A stretch of 60,089 nt of DNA from a virus (IMGVR_UViG_3300032269_001358:1-60089), one strand, 5' to 3'; positions 45,601 to 56,092 are shown, counted from the first letter of the stretch. Notes: generated from the sequence alone by a model not told the origin. Numbers and translations: made by a program.

Positions 45601-48600
45601 CAATCATGGCGCAGGCATCCCGAGAAGCCGGAGAGATTGCCGCCAGAGACCGAGCTGCGGTTGGAACTGCCATTGATCGGTACGGAGCAAACCAGAAGTT
45701 CTGGTCTACGCCGACCGGGCAGCGAGCTCGTGAGCTGTACGCGAAAGAGGTCAGGGTCCTCGACGCCAATCGCGCCAAGGGCAAGCTCAACGACGAGGAA
45801 TATCAGGCCGATTTAAGAGACTGGCACAAGGCTTCTATCGCAAAGGCAATCAGCGAGTACGAAGACGCTGTTGTGGCTCAAGGGGGCCAGGCCGTTGCGT
45901 CCACTGTCACGCCCGAAAGCGTCGTGAAGAAGTTCTATCGCAACGGGACAACGCCCGACGAGAGCGTAGCCAAAGCAGCGGTCGACAACTTTGCTCGTCG
46001 ATTTGCAGCTGGCAAGCTGGACTTGGAGGATCCTGAAATCCTTCAGTTCCGGCAGAACCATAGCCAGGAGATCGAGGCCGCCCTGAACTTCATGGCGACG
46101 CCAGAGGGCGAGGCCATGTTGGGTCGTGCGCCTTTGTCTGGCGGCGATCGCGTCAATGAGCTGACGACCGATGACGCGATGCGAGCGTCCGCAATGGCGA
46201 GGATCGTTCAGACCAACGACCGCGCCAAGGCGTTCTCTCGCGCTAACGTCCAGCGCAACGCCAGAACGAACCCCAACGAAGTTGCTCTTGGCGAGGGCAA
46301 TATCGATGAGGAGATCGATTTCGCCGGCAACACGACCTTGGAGCCTCTCACGCTCAGCGAGCAGAAGTTTGAGGCCGCAGCAGAGCGTGCCGCCCAGAGC
46401 GCGCGCATCAAGCTTGCTGATGCCGAGCAGGCCGTCAAGGACGCCGAGATCGCCAACTCAAGTGCGCAAAACGACCAGCTTTACGGCAGGCAGTTCGAGG
46501 CCAAACTGCGACTCGACGACGCCATTCGCCGCCGCGACGAGCTGCGCGCTCAGGTGACCAGGCCAGTTCGCCCTAATGACGTCCGTGACAAGGCGACAGA
46601 AGCCGCCCAGAAGGCGTTGAGCCAAACGGCCGGACCTCAGCCGTCGTACATTCCCGTGTCTCAGATTCGGGCCGCTGCAAGCAAGGTCGCTGCAAACATG
46701 AAGGCACGCGCCGTCAAGAGCGCGACCGACCAGCTTGCCAGCGCCCGTCGTTCTGGCGACGCTGCCGCCGTTGCGGAAGCAGAACGCGGACTTGCTCAGG
46801 CTCAGTCGATGAGTGTGCAAGCGCCAGTGCTGTTCAAGGCCAATGAGTCTCGAACTGCGTCAAGCAGGATTCCCGCTAGCCTTGATGGATTGAACGCCCA
46901 GGTTGCAGCGGCAGAGGACAAAGTTCGGCGCGCATCCGGTGCGGACAAGAAAGCTGCCGAGAAGGAGCTGCGCAGCCTCATCTCCAAGTATCGACGCGTC
47001 GTCGGCGGAGACAGCCAGAAAGTTGGCAAGTCTTCCGCAGCGGCCTTCGACGACCTTGCGACAAACCTCATTGAGCCTGCTAAGCCTGGCGAGCTGACTG
47101 CAGAGACGCAGCGTTCCCAGTTCAACGCGCTGCTGGCCCCCAGGACGAAGGCCACGATTGGTGCCACGGGCGAGCAATCCGCAGGCGCAGCAGACCAGGC
47201 GATGAACGACGTGGCCGCTCAGAAGAGAGCGATCCTTAGCGAACAGCTTGGAGGAGGACAGCCGACGCCGTCTGGCCCAACCCGACGCTCCTTCGAGGAC
47301 ACGCCACACAGATTTCTTTCTGAGCTTGCTGCAGAACTTGGCCTCGATCCGTCCAGCCAGGACGACGTAGGGCGACTTGTTGCCAGCGCCCTGCAAGGAA
47401 ACACCGCCGGGCGCTTCAGCCAGAGCCAGATCTCCGACTTCTCGCAGCGAGCAAACCAGTTTCTTGTTGACTCGGGCATGTTCAAGTCGCAGCCTTCCGG
47501 CGCTCAGCGTTCGGTGAGTGCAGTCGATCAGTCCATTCCGCACCCACTCGATCCGCTTTACGGCCGCCTGCTGTCGGACGAGAAGATTGCGTCGATGTCG
47601 CCCGAGGAAGCCGCTGCTGAGCTTGCCGCCAACCGCCGGCGAATGGACGCGCTCAACAAGGCTCGGCTCTTCAAGAACCCGCCCACAATCCGTAGCCAGC
47701 GCGAGGAGTTCCTCCTGGCTCAGCAGGACCTCGACGACATCATCTCCGAGATCACGGGCCAGCCCAAGAGAGAGCTGGATTTCAAGTACTACGGCGATCC
47801 TGATGCCGTCGAGAAGCCCCTCACCCTTGATGATGCCGACGATCTGCTCGACAAGATGCGTCGGCAGGAGCAGCTTCTCATTCGGCGCTCTCCAAAGACG
47901 ACCGCCCCCCAGGAGCTTTCGGGTAACCCAGAGGACCAGATCCGCGACATCGACCTCAAGGGGCTCGACAGAACGGCCATGGCGGAGGAGGCGGCTGCCA
48001 GGGCAACGCCTGCTCCGGCTCGCTCGACTGAGTACCCGGTCCTGTTGTCTCAGGAGGGCATCCGCCCGTACGTCGGGAGCGGCCTTGGCGAGCTCAACAG
48101 AAACCTCCCAGAAGGCGCAAACGTACTTACGGTCGCCTTCACGCCTGAGCAGGCTCGACTGATGGCCCAAGCCGGGCTCCAGGGAGATGTGTTCTCGGCT
48201 GGTGGCCTGCGTCCCGACAGTAAACTCAACACGATTCCCGCTCCGGCGGAGCCTGGCGTGCGCATTGCGCATCGCGTCGAGAACGAGTCCGTCACGCTCC
48301 CGAACAATGAGCAGGCGCGCCGGCGCAACGTGTCTTTCAATATCGCAAGAAAGTACCAAGGGAACGGCCTGGCCGCCGAGCCGACGGTCAGTGGCGGCGG
48401 GATTCTCGTTGAGGATGGCCGGGTTCCGGCAACCCACAGCGTGATCGCAGACTACGACCCAGTCTCCAAGAAGTTCCTCGGCTTCTACCAGCTTCCGGAC
48501 CCCGACACGATCGATCGGTCGGAGGAGCTGGCGGGGGGTCTCCGGACCGCCTATGTCGGAGGCGAGGAACTTCCGTTGGGATTCAACCCGAATCGGCGGG

Positions 48601-49274
48601 GTGTTCCGCACATCGTCATTCCGCAACAGCGCGCCCCGAGACGTCTCGGAGAATCGCTGCCGGTCGACGATGTGACGTTCGATGGCGGCACCCTCGACAA
48701 CATGCCAGCTGGGCCACAGGTTTCTGGAGACATGGACCTTTCCGGAGGGTCGGCGGCGATTGATCAGCCGAGACAAGGAACCTTCGTCTCCCCGCGCATC
48801 CGCCGCCGGCCGCCCGGAGATGCTCGCCCGGCGAACGAGCTTGAGGGTCCGCTCGTCACGGAGCGTGGACGGGCGAACGTCGCAGAAGCCCAGCGCCAGA
48901 TCGAGGCTGCCAGTCGCCTTTCGAGCGATGCGGTCGAGGCTGTCGATGCCGAGAACTTCAGTCAAGAACAGCCACCTCAGGCTGGTATTCTGAGTCGAAT
49001 TGGCGGGGCGATGCGACGAAATCCAGGCAAGACGGCGACCGGACTGGCCGGGCCGGCGGTTCTGTACGGAGCGGCAAACGCCCCGCAGGCCGTAGTTAGA
49101 AGTGCGGCCCTGACTGCGCTCGGGATGATGAGCGGGGGTGAACCCAGCCTGGGAGAGGACACAAACATGGTGGCGGCTGCGCCGGTGATTCCGCGCCAGG
49201 CCGCCGTCTTGGACAGGATTCGGGCGTCTAGGGCTGCCCCGTACCTGACTGCCCAGAACCCCATGCCGTACTGA
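42690..49274 (+). CDS. giant (2194 aa) putative internal virion/ejection protein
   Basis: Very long Ala/Arg/Glu/Gln-rich ORF with no visible Cys; in the structural block. Confidence 0.7.
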   Translation: MNLWRLFGDAAKGSSIPRADEVAKNAARVRNLAMQARQARAGADRVTELPDGKTATTLGGPVERPQAPKSSREEVEDLITEGSQIAQDEKKARAGTAAAMEAERKAKKEPAQAVRSEREAIEFWKERLAEAQRAGDDAGVEEADKALRDASQAMSDTSKQITGIERASQNQQKKAQSSLDASVDRKTARGLVDEQDPQYRLSQKIQASSKKQISLSRIVDRLRNRPTGMAGKVKARRDRIKAGQAADAERARLSGVVVDDTPLPSFAAEFKRKVEDSLTPKIGEDGQTYFDTLKAETEARETIRSLGIRQSSPGMIGGIKNRLKGIADTVRDAAEFSGLPVGRPDELPDIPIDKDSLYTTKDLGGTTSYPADANEQLATLRRRYGLDDSASIEEVTANIAAEKMGIQDATRHTERLTGPAGQPLQRQSSEPDFRPSLEDDGSRVFNPEDQPVVVKERDEVATPKYKRTVLEAAPGGLPRNSELENLRKQRDAMLRGGDSETLYVDASGTALGWDGVQKADLERIDAKIAQLERLGASWRSPRTAPGGSGRPRIAVDSAGRPIRQDTGTSVKVTSKLVASDPSKQIDLDELLADRNLPGVTEAEKASYDKKINALIQTPDSSRVVTRKVDAAPSITERALAFLEGRRPERRQRLEQALAPKTRDRYVIDGSEDADDLIVLRQRGTGDNQKRVSNEVIFRRTPNGTYVRYAPGGPSSPRFEVDKQELSESQIGDYLNQGWEVYQQPAGSKLKPPKVNDPAYLAQVAKEFYSTAPGSEGANIRNVQFALQGLDEIMKLRGKAAYMEALEVIGESVGSGGGDRVSRVRAGKEAVRRMRGHVADMTEQSGLVTAPGRRLTNEKANNRPDAPPFSPVPKSPEDIPWWESSGAKPARRGATADWNQESKDLSRQVYKSLIADGMPHAEAMKMATEAGAGSESLLQGVNQWGDSPEALALASRALSDATVAPDPRDSAAIMAQASREAGEIAARDRAAVGTAIDRYGANQKFWSTPTGQRARELYAKEVRVLDANRAKGKLNDEEYQADLRDWHKASIAKAISEYEDAVVAQGGQAVASTVTPESVVKKFYRNGTTPDESVAKAAVDNFARRFAAGKLDLEDPEILQFRQNHSQEIEAALNFMATPEGEAMLGRAPLSGGDRVNELTTDDAMRASAMARIVQTNDRAKAFSRANVQRNARTNPNEVALGEGNIDEEIDFAGNTTLEPLTLSEQKFEAAAERAAQSARIKLADAEQAVKDAEIANSSAQNDQLYGRQFEAKLRLDDAIRRRDELRAQVTRPVRPNDVRDKATEAAQKALSQTAGPQPSYIPVSQIRAAASKVAANMKARAVKSATDQLASARRSGDAAAVAEAERGLAQAQSMSVQAPVLFKANESRTASSRIPASLDGLNAQVAAAEDKVRRASGADKKAAEKELRSLISKYRRVVGGDSQKVGKSSAAAFDDLATNLIEPAKPGELTAETQRSQFNALLAPRTKATIGATGEQSAGAADQAMNDVAAQKRAILSEQLGGGQPTPSGPTRRSFEDTPHRFLSELAAELGLDPSSQDDVGRLVASALQGNTAGRFSQSQISDFSQRANQFLVDSGMFKSQPSGAQRSVSAVDQSIPHPLDPLYGRLLSDEKIASMSPEEAAAELAANRRRMDALNKARLFKNPPTIRSQREEFLLAQQDLDDIISEITGQPKRELDFKYYGDPDAVEKPLTLDDADDLLDKMRRQEQLLIRRSPKTTAPQELSGNPEDQIRDIDLKGLDRTAMAEEAAARATPAPARSTEYPVLLSQEGIRPYVGSGLGELNRNLPEGANVLTVAFTPEQARLMAQAGLQGDVFSAGGLRPDSKLNTIPAPAEPGVRIAHRVENESVTLPNNEQARRRNVSFNIARKYQGNGLAAEPTVSGGGILVEDGRVPATHSVIADYDPVSKKFLGFYQLPDPDTIDRSEELAGGLRTAYVGGEELPLGFNPNRRGVPHIVIPQQRAPRRLGESLPVDDVTFDGGTLDNMPAGPQVSGDMDLSGGSAAIDQPRQGTFVSPRIRRRPPGDARPANELEGPLVTERGRANVAEAQRQIEAASRLSSDAVEAVDAENFSQEQPPQAGILSRIGGAMRRNPGKTATGLAGPAVLYGAANAPQAVVRSAALTALGMMSGGEPSLGEDTNMVAAAPVIPRQAAVLDRIRASRAAPYLTAQNPMPY

Positions 49275-49282
49275 GGACTTCG

Positions 49283-51679
49283 ATGGCAACCGAAAGCGAC
49301 AGCCGCCGCCAGAAACTGGCCGACCTGAAGGCAGAGAACGACCGGCGTCGGCAGGAGGCTGGGGGTGTAGCCGTCGCGGAAGATCCGGCTGGCGCTAGCG
49401 GCGCGGACATCATGTCGGCGCTCAAGGAGCGAGCCTCCGCCAACGGGTTCAATATCCAGACCGAGCCTCCCGCTGCTCCGGCGCCCCCGCCACCTCCTCG
49501 TTCCCCGCTCCAGAAAGCGCTCGGGTCCCAGAGCCCAGAGTCTTTCAATGCGCAGATCATGGCGCAACAGGAGAAGGCGAAGAAGGAGCGTGCCGCCAAC
49601 GACGAGGTGGAGAGCTGGGATGCCAGCCACGCTGAGTGGGAGAGAGGCGAGCAGAAGCGCCAGGAGGCGATGAAGGCGGAGATGGCTGCCGGCCGCCCTA
49701 TTGACTTGGCGGATCCTAGGTGGCGGGCTACTCAGATGCCGCGCCCTCCACGCCGCATCTTTGAGGGCGGAGCGCAGCTCGGTCCAGACGGCCAGCCCGT
49801 TAAGCCAGGTGCGACGGACGTTCCAGCGCCAGGGAAGAATGATTGGTCAGCGGTCGACCAGTTCACGAGCATGGGAGAGCTTGTTCCCGGCAGCGACGAA
49901 GCCAACTACCAGAAGGCTATGGATGACCTGGATTCGGCAACGATCGACGGCAAGAAGATCAAGCCGATGGAAGACAAGAAGAACCCACACGCTCAGTGGG
50001 AGTGGTCAAAGGCTGGCGCAAAGACCGCAAGCAAGTCGGCTCGTGGCGAGAAGGCTCAAGAGCAGCCTGCGCAGAAGCCTCGCGGCGGCGACCGTCGCCC
50101 CATGTCTGACGTTGGGCGTCAAGTCGAGGACGCCAAGGCTCGTGGTGCGGAAGCGCAGAACCGCATCGACAACAACCTTGGACTTTCTGGAACGGAACAG
50201 CAAGCCGCCATGTTCGGCGCTGACTCGCTGCGCCCCGCAAAGCCGTCTCGCGCTGCCGCGCCCGTTCGGCTCCCGCAGCAACCGGCCGCGCTTGGGGCTG
50301 GAGATGAGATTCCTGACGAAGAGCTGACTCCCGAGCAGCTGGCCATGCGCTCGGACCGACGCCACATTGCGGCTCCGATGGGAGCTGTAAACGGCGGCTC
50401 AAAGTGGGGCCGTCGCGCGGTTTCTGACGCGGACTGGAAGTCGATTCACTCTGTCGATCCGGTCACGATGGCAAAGGTCAACAAGTTTGGAGCTCTGCCA
50501 GAGCTTGGCGTTCATGCCGCCGAAGACGGAACGGTCACTCCAACCAACGCCACCGTTCTTGGTCGCGTTGCTGACATGCTCGGGATCAGCCGCGAGGTGC
50601 CGGAGGGAGAGCGCCTCGCTGAGGCGAACCTCTTCTATCAAGAGCAGGCGCGCATGCGGAAGTCCCACGACGCCGTGGACCTTCCGACAGGCGGCTCGAT
50701 GTTCACCCCGAACGCTGGCATGAAGGCTGGCATCGAGCAGCGCAAGGGGCTGAAGGACATCAACGACTTCTCCAAGGCGCACCCCTATCACAACTCCCCG
50801 TACGAACCTGGCAATCCCAAGATTGACCACATTCGTCAGCTGCGCGATGCCGTGAAGTCTGGCGATATGGACACCGTGGCATCGCTCAAGGCTGAGGTGC
50901 GGGCCGACAACGCCGACGCCAGGAACCGGGCCTACAAGGACCAGCTGCGCCAGCGCGGGGCCACGCAGAACATGCGGAATCCTGCGCTGGCTCCCGCGAT
51001 GTATCAGGACTCGGTTCGCCAGGCGTACAAGTCTGGCGACCCGATGGACGTCGCCATGGTCCGCGAGCAATACGGCAATCCGGCCGGAGCCCAGCGCGCT
51101 CGCGAGGAGCGCCTGATCGAGGGCCAGACGGAAGCCGAACGCGACGTCGGGATTGCGAGCGCAGACGCTGCTGCGGCAGTCGGGCGCTCAAAGGCCGACG
51201 CCGAACTTGAGAAGAGCAAAACGCCTGCGGAGCTGGCTAACCAGTCCATCAACAAGTTCATGGGAACGGTTTTGCAGGAAGGCTACAACATGCCTGCCAC
51301 TGCCACCATGAACAACTTTCACCGGCTCAATATCCAGGCAACGGCAGAAGGCAAGGAACCACCGAGCGCCGACGACTCCGAGCGTCAGTTTGCCAGGATG
51401 CTGCTGGAAAACCCGACCGTCGTTCAACGGATGGCTCAGAACCAGCGCGGAGACTTGCTCTCCATCGTCAAGAACGTAGCCGCAAAGGTAGCTGGAACCA
51501 GTCAACTGCCGGAAAACTGGACGGCGCGGTCTGCGGAGGAAGACGGCATCTTGGCCAGCAAGAAGTCCATGATCAACGATCTTCTGGCGAAGTCGCTTGG
51601 GATCGATGACAAGCACCCTCTCTACAACGTGATCCTGACGCACGTTCTGGAGTCCAGGAAGCAGCCCGGTAAGAACTAA
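49283..51679 (+). CDS. putative internal virion/ejection protein
   Basis: GAGGA RBS; 798 aa helical/disordered. Confidence 0.65.
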   Translation: MATESDSRRQKLADLKAENDRRRQEAGGVAVAEDPAGASGADIMSALKERASANGFNIQTEPPAAPAPPPPPRSPLQKALGSQSPESFNAQIMAQQEKAKKERAANDEVESWDASHAEWERGEQKRQEAMKAEMAAGRPIDLADPRWRATQMPRPPRRIFEGGAQLGPDGQPVKPGATDVPAPGKNDWSAVDQFTSMGELVPGSDEANYQKAMDDLDSATIDGKKIKPMEDKKNPHAQWEWSKAGAKTASKSARGEKAQEQPAQKPRGGDRRPMSDVGRQVEDAKARGAEAQNRIDNNLGLSGTEQQAAMFGADSLRPAKPSRAAAPVRLPQQPAALGAGDEIPDEELTPEQLAMRSDRRHIAAPMGAVNGGSKWGRRAVSDADWKSIHSVDPVTMAKVNKFGALPELGVHAAEDGTVTPTNATVLGRVADMLGISREVPEGERLAEANLFYQEQARMRKSHDAVDLPTGGSMFTPNAGMKAGIEQRKGLKDINDFSKAHPYHNSPYEPGNPKIDHIRQLRDAVKSGDMDTVASLKAEVRADNADARNRAYKDQLRQRGATQNMRNPALAPAMYQDSVRQAYKSGDPMDVAMVREQYGNPAGAQRAREERLIEGQTEAERDVGIASADAAAAVGRSKADAELEKSKTPAELANQSINKFMGTVLQEGYNMPATATMNNFHRLNIQATAEGKEPPSADDSERQFARMLLENPTVVQRMAQNQRGDLLSIVKNVAAKVAGTSQLPENWTARSAEEDGILASKKSMINDLLAKSLGIDDKHPLYNVILTHVLESRKQPGKN

Positions 51680-51694
51680 CAGGGAGGAGGCCCC

Positions 51695-54600
51695 ATGCCG
51701 CAGGGACTCTTCCCCGCATTCGAGCGCCAGGGCGATGCCGTGAACTCGGCTGTCCGCAGGAAGCTGATGACCGATGTGTCACGCAGCAATGGCGGCACGC
51801 TGTCCGACATCGCGTGGCTACTCGACACCCCTGGCTCTGTGGTTCGCGGGACTATTTCCGGTCTTGCTGACGGCGATCCGCTCAAGGGCGTTCGTGCGCT
51901 CCAGCAGACCGATGACGAGCGCATCTCCGGCCGGGAGCTGAACCAGCAGCTGGGCCTCGACCCCACTCCAGGCGAGCGCACGTGGACGAACTTCGGGACC
52001 GGGCTGGCCACGGAGATGCTTACCGATCCGCTCAGCTACGTTTCAGGTCCCGTCAAGGCCCTCACACCAGCAGGCAAGATTGCCGCCAAGGCTGGCCTGC
52101 TTGAGCAAGCGCCGGAAATCCTGTCTCGCCAGTTCCTCGCAGGCCAAGCCGCGCCGGAGGTGGCTGACGCAGCGTCCAGGACGGTCAAGGCCATCGGCCG
52201 CGAGGTCAGCCCGACCGACATTCTCGGCAGGCCGCTTGTGGGGCGCAGGCAGGCCCTTAGGAGCGGCACGCTTGGAGACCTGATTGACTACGCCGCCGAC
52301 CCGGATCAGGCGCGAGAGGGCGTCCTGGGGGCCCTGAGAGGCAACACCGACCAGCTTGAGAAGCTGCGCTCCCAGAAGCTCGGCAAAAGCTTCGGTCTTG
52401 GGCTCCCGTTCATGGACCCATCCGTCGCTTTCGACGATCCGATCGGTGTCGGCAAGACCTTGGGCGACCTCCAAGACGCAGCTGGCCAGGCGCTGCGATG
52501 GAGCGCCCCTGGCAGGGCATACAACATGCTCACCAACAACGACGTTGGCGGGGCGTTTACGGCGAACGATCAGATGATCTCGGCTGGCACCAATCTGGCA
52601 AAGCGCCGCGCCTCTCAGGCGGCTCGCCGGGACGCCACCTTTCAAGCCGCCAAGCTGCAGCAGTCGGAGCCCGACGTTTTCTCCGAGGAAGGCAACCGAG
52701 CGCTGGGTCGGCTTATCGAAAAGCCCACGGTCAATAAGCTTCAGTCTGTTGACGACATCTGGGACTCCGACCATCCGGCAGCCAGGGCCTACATGGACTG
52801 GTGGGAGCAGCAGTCCAAGCAGGCCAACCAGAGCTTCACGGAAGTTGGGCTGAGAGGGGTCAACTTTCAAGACACGAACATCCAGGGCTACCTTCCCCGC
52901 AAGGCGGAGGGAATGCTGGAGATGGCTGGGTCTCGGGATCCGTCGCTTGGCCGCCAACTCAGCTCGCTTACGAGCGATCAGCTGCAGCGCGCAGACGAGA
53001 TGATGGTGCCCGGCGGGCGCGACACGCTTGCGTTCGACCTGTCAAAGGACCCTTTCGTTGCCGGCGGCAAGCGGCAGGCAGGAACTGACCAGCAGGCTGC
53101 GCAGCACATTGCCGAAAAGCTCTACGGCAAACGGTTCCCTGTCACCGAAGATGGTTTTTCGGCCTTTGACAGGGAGTACAAGTATGGCACTCGCTACTGG
53201 ACAAAAAACGCGAGTGGAGACGACGTCTTTAGCCCCAGCCTCAGCAGCAGCGAAGTCCACAAGAAGGGCGCGTTTGGAACTCCAGCGATTGATCAAAATG
53301 GAAACGAGGTGAACTGGGCAGATCCAGGAGATCACCAGGATCTTTTCATCGAGCCTGGGAAGCCTTCATACAGCCCGCAGCAGATGAAGCGAGCGATGAC
53401 CCTCGCCCAGCTGCTGCACAAGCTTCCGGACCACCTCATCAAGGATGTCCCGCTGTTCGGGCAGCATCCCGTCGAGATGATCACACGATACATGGAGGGA
53501 CGCGCCGGAGCCGAGGCAGTCCAGGGCTCGCTCTACGACTCACTTGCCTACATGTCGCAGATGACCCCAGCCGACCTTGTCGGTGGCGGGAAGCACATCT
53601 CCATGAAGGAGGCTCTTGCCCGCATCGGCGCCAGAACCGTGCAAGACGGAGACGAGGTTCTGGGTGGTGCGGTGCAGATGCGGGGACGCCTCGCAGGCCG
53701 CTTCAAGGCAGACGCAGACAGCATTGAACTGTCCACGTTCTCGGTCCCAGAGGAGGCTGTTGATCGCCTCGTTCGGGCCAGAGATGCGTACACCCAGCCC
53801 GAAGGCGCAAGCCGGCTGATGGAGGGGCTGACCGCCTACAACGCGGCTTGGAAATCCAACATTTTGAGTTGGCCAAGCCGCATCGTGAGGGACCTCTACA
53901 GCGGTGCCTATAGCAACTGGCTGGAGGGCGCCCTCTCCAAGCGAGGTACGTTTGCCGCCAAGGGTCTCCTCAGCAACGGACCAGAAGACCAATCGTTTGT
54001 GCGTGCGCTCGCAAAGATGCCGCTCTATGGCGGCGGGGCCGACGATGCGGTTGCCCGATTCTGGGCGGACCTCGACGCCACAGGGCTGATGAAGTCCTCT
54101 GTCGCGGGAGACAGGGGCCTGATCGTCTCTGGCGGCAACCTCATCGACTCCCTGCCAGGCGCGATGCCAGACACTTTTGCTGGCGCTGCGAGCGAACTCG
54201 GCTCCCAGCCGGGCCGAAGCTGGATGCAGTATTTGGACGACATCCGCCCCACAATCGATCGCAATCGACTGGAGCGCAATCCGCTCGTTCGGGCTGGGGC
54301 TCGGGCTGGCAACCTCTCCGACAGGATCAACCGTCTCGGCGGGTACATCGAGCTGCTTGTCCAGGGGGTCGCGCCGCAGGAGGCGGCTCGCAGAATGATG
54401 CGGGCGCACGTGGACTACGGCTCGCTCACGCCATACGAGCGGAAGCTGCGCGACACGGTCATGCCCTTCTACGCCTACTTCTCTCGGTCGATGCGAGAGG
54501 TTCTTCGCCAGCTGGCAGAGCGGCCAGGCGGACGATACGGACAGGGGATCAGGACCTACGAAGAACTGCAGGAGCCTGAGGAGGGGCAGTACGTCCCGTC

Positions 54601-55276
54601 GAGTGTGCGTAAGAACTTCGCCGCCAAGCTCCCGTCTGACTCGTTCTTTGCCCCATCAGATCCATCGGTCACCCGCTACCTGAGCGACGTAGACCTCTCA
54701 GGTTATGATCAGCTGAACATGATCAGGCCGAGGGATCTGCGGGCTACGGCCAATGAGATTGCAGGGCAGGCCAACCCGCTGTGGCGCACTCTCTACGAGA
54801 CGCTCATCAGTGGACGAGACTCGTTCACGAACCGGCCGCTCGACCAATTCACCCGTGGCCCGGTCAACAAGATTGTCCAAGCGGCAACGGGCCAGGAAGG
54901 CGTCGTCAACCCGATGCTGGAGAAGGGGCTGGAGTTGGTGCCTGGAGTGTCTCGTCCGCTTCGGGCGGTCGCCAATTTCGTGGACCCAAACCTGCCAATC
55001 GGGTACGGAAGCCGAGCGCTCTCTGGCGTCGTCAACAACATGACCGGCGTGAAGTTCCGGGACTTCACCCAAGACGACCTCGACCGTGACGCTATCCGGC
55101 GGCTGGAAGAACTGGCTCAGCCGTACACTAGCGAGCACTCCACGCAATACATTCCGGAAGCCCGCAAGCCGTTTGTGCCGCAAGAGGCCCTGGATCAGGT
55201 GGACATGGCGGCGCAGCTGCGTCAGCGCCTCAAGGCTTCCGGGCACCGGGCACGACTCTCATCTCTTAGAAACTAA
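51695..55276 (+). CDS. large putative ejection protein
   Basis: GGAGGAGG RBS; WLLDTPG, TDPLSYV and DYGSLTPYER..VMPFY motifs typical of large phage internal proteins. Confidence 0.7.
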   Translation: MPQGLFPAFERQGDAVNSAVRRKLMTDVSRSNGGTLSDIAWLLDTPGSVVRGTISGLADGDPLKGVRALQQTDDERISGRELNQQLGLDPTPGERTWTNFGTGLATEMLTDPLSYVSGPVKALTPAGKIAAKAGLLEQAPEILSRQFLAGQAAPEVADAASRTVKAIGREVSPTDILGRPLVGRRQALRSGTLGDLIDYAADPDQAREGVLGALRGNTDQLEKLRSQKLGKSFGLGLPFMDPSVAFDDPIGVGKTLGDLQDAAGQALRWSAPGRAYNMLTNNDVGGAFTANDQMISAGTNLAKRRASQAARRDATFQAAKLQQSEPDVFSEEGNRALGRLIEKPTVNKLQSVDDIWDSDHPAARAYMDWWEQQSKQANQSFTEVGLRGVNFQDTNIQGYLPRKAEGMLEMAGSRDPSLGRQLSSLTSDQLQRADEMMVPGGRDTLAFDLSKDPFVAGGKRQAGTDQQAAQHIAEKLYGKRFPVTEDGFSAFDREYKYGTRYWTKNASGDDVFSPSLSSSEVHKKGAFGTPAIDQNGNEVNWADPGDHQDLFIEPGKPSYSPQQMKRAMTLAQLLHKLPDHLIKDVPLFGQHPVEMITRYMEGRAGAEAVQGSLYDSLAYMSQMTPADLVGGGKHISMKEALARIGARTVQDGDEVLGGAVQMRGRLAGRFKADADSIELSTFSVPEEAVDRLVRARDAYTQPEGASRLMEGLTAYNAAWKSNILSWPSRIVRDLYSGAYSNWLEGALSKRGTFAAKGLLSNGPEDQSFVRALAKMPLYGGGADDAVARFWADLDATGLMKSSVAGDRGLIVSGGNLIDSLPGAMPDTFAGAASELGSQPGRSWMQYLDDIRPTIDRNRLERNPLVRAGARAGNLSDRINRLGGYIELLVQGVAPQEAARRMMRAHVDYGSLTPYERKLRDTVMPFYAYFSRSMREVLRQLAERPGGRYGQGIRTYEELQEPEEGQYVPSSVRKNFAAKLPSDSFFAPSDPSVTRYLSDVDLSGYDQLNMIRPRDLRATANEIAGQANPLWRTLYETLISGRDSFTNRPLDQFTRGPVNKIVQAATGQEGVVNPMLEKGLELVPGVSRPLRAVANFVDPNLPIGYGSRALSGVVNNMTGVKFRDFTQDDLDRDAIRRLEELAQPYTSEHSTQYIPEARKPFVPQEALDQVDMAAQLRQRLKASGHRARLSSLRN

Positions 55277-55282
55277 ATACGT

Positions 55283-56092
55283 CTAGCCGATGCTCGGTGG
55301 TCGGGATGTGTTTCCGGCCAGCTGCGATTGATCGAGGTAGTGGCGGGCGGCAAGACCGGGCGTCTTGTGTGCCAGGAACCACTGGGCCTTGCCAGGGTCG
55401 CTCATTTCGATGTGCGTGGCTGCAGACCTGCGGAGCCACCTTCCGCTGCCGCTTCCGCCGGCGCGGTCAATGAGTGCCCTCATCAGGCGGAACGAGTACC
55501 TGCGCGATGCCACCCACCCAAGAATCCTTCCGTCAGGGCTCGATGCCAGCATTGCCTCAGCTGAATCTGCGCACTTCTTGGAGATCTGTCGGGTGCAGAT
55601 CACGCCGGTCTTGCTCGTCACCCACGACACCACGTTGCCGCGAATGTTGTTTCTGGCCCACGAAAAAATGTCTCCGTATCGGGCTCCGGTCTCGTAGCCC
55701 AAGAGCACCCAGCACCGAAGGAAATCCCCGACGTTTGCGCCGTTTCTCAGCACCTTCGAAGAAAATCCATCGGCACTCTTGACGAGCGCGCAGCAATGGG
55801 AGATAGTCCACGCCTGGACAGGAGGCAGTGGTGTACGCAAACGCATCACGCCCCTGGGTGGTGCGTCGACGAGGCCTTCCTCCCACGCCCACTTCAGAAG
55901 GGTCATCGCCTGACGCCTCTCGTTGCTGAGAGTCACGGGCGACACGGAGTCTTTTCTCGCATGGATGTGAGCGTTTACGGCAGCCGCCGACAGCCCGGTC
56001 AATCGGGATGCCAGCTTTCTCATTTGCCGCGCGTACTCGACGCTGCAGATCCTAGAGGCCAAGTACATCTCGCAAGCGGCGGAGGCGTTCAT
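55283..56092 (-). CDS. tyrosine recombinase/integrase (compact)
   Basis: ETGARYGDI (R), SKT (K), RWLRRS (HxxR variant), LAH (H), HYLD (Y). Confidence 0.85.
   Translation of the reverse strand: MNASAACEMYLASRICSVEYARQMRKLASRLTGLSAAAVNAHIHARKDSVSPVTLSNERRQAMTLLKWAWEEGLVDAPPRGVMRLRTPLPPVQAWTISHCCALVKSADGFSSKVLRNGANVGDFLRCWVLLGYETGARYGDIFSWARNNIRGNVVSWVTSKTGVICTRQISKKCADSAEAMLASSPDGRILGWVASRRYSFRLMRALIDRAGGSGSGRWLRRSAATHIEMSDPGKAQWFLAHKTPGLAARHYLDQSQLAGNTSRPPSIG

Noticed and set aside
42690-49274. Giant ORF as virion RNA polymerase or tape measure protein
   Set aside because: No polymerase catalytic motifs recognised and no tail tube/chaperone genes; cannot be fully excluded without a structure search.
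46860-49289. 809-aa minus-strand ORF (likewise 31146-32828, 58008-59513, 11767-12882, 26430-27521)
   Set aside because: Antisense shadows of well-supported genes in GC-rich DNA, with no motifs.
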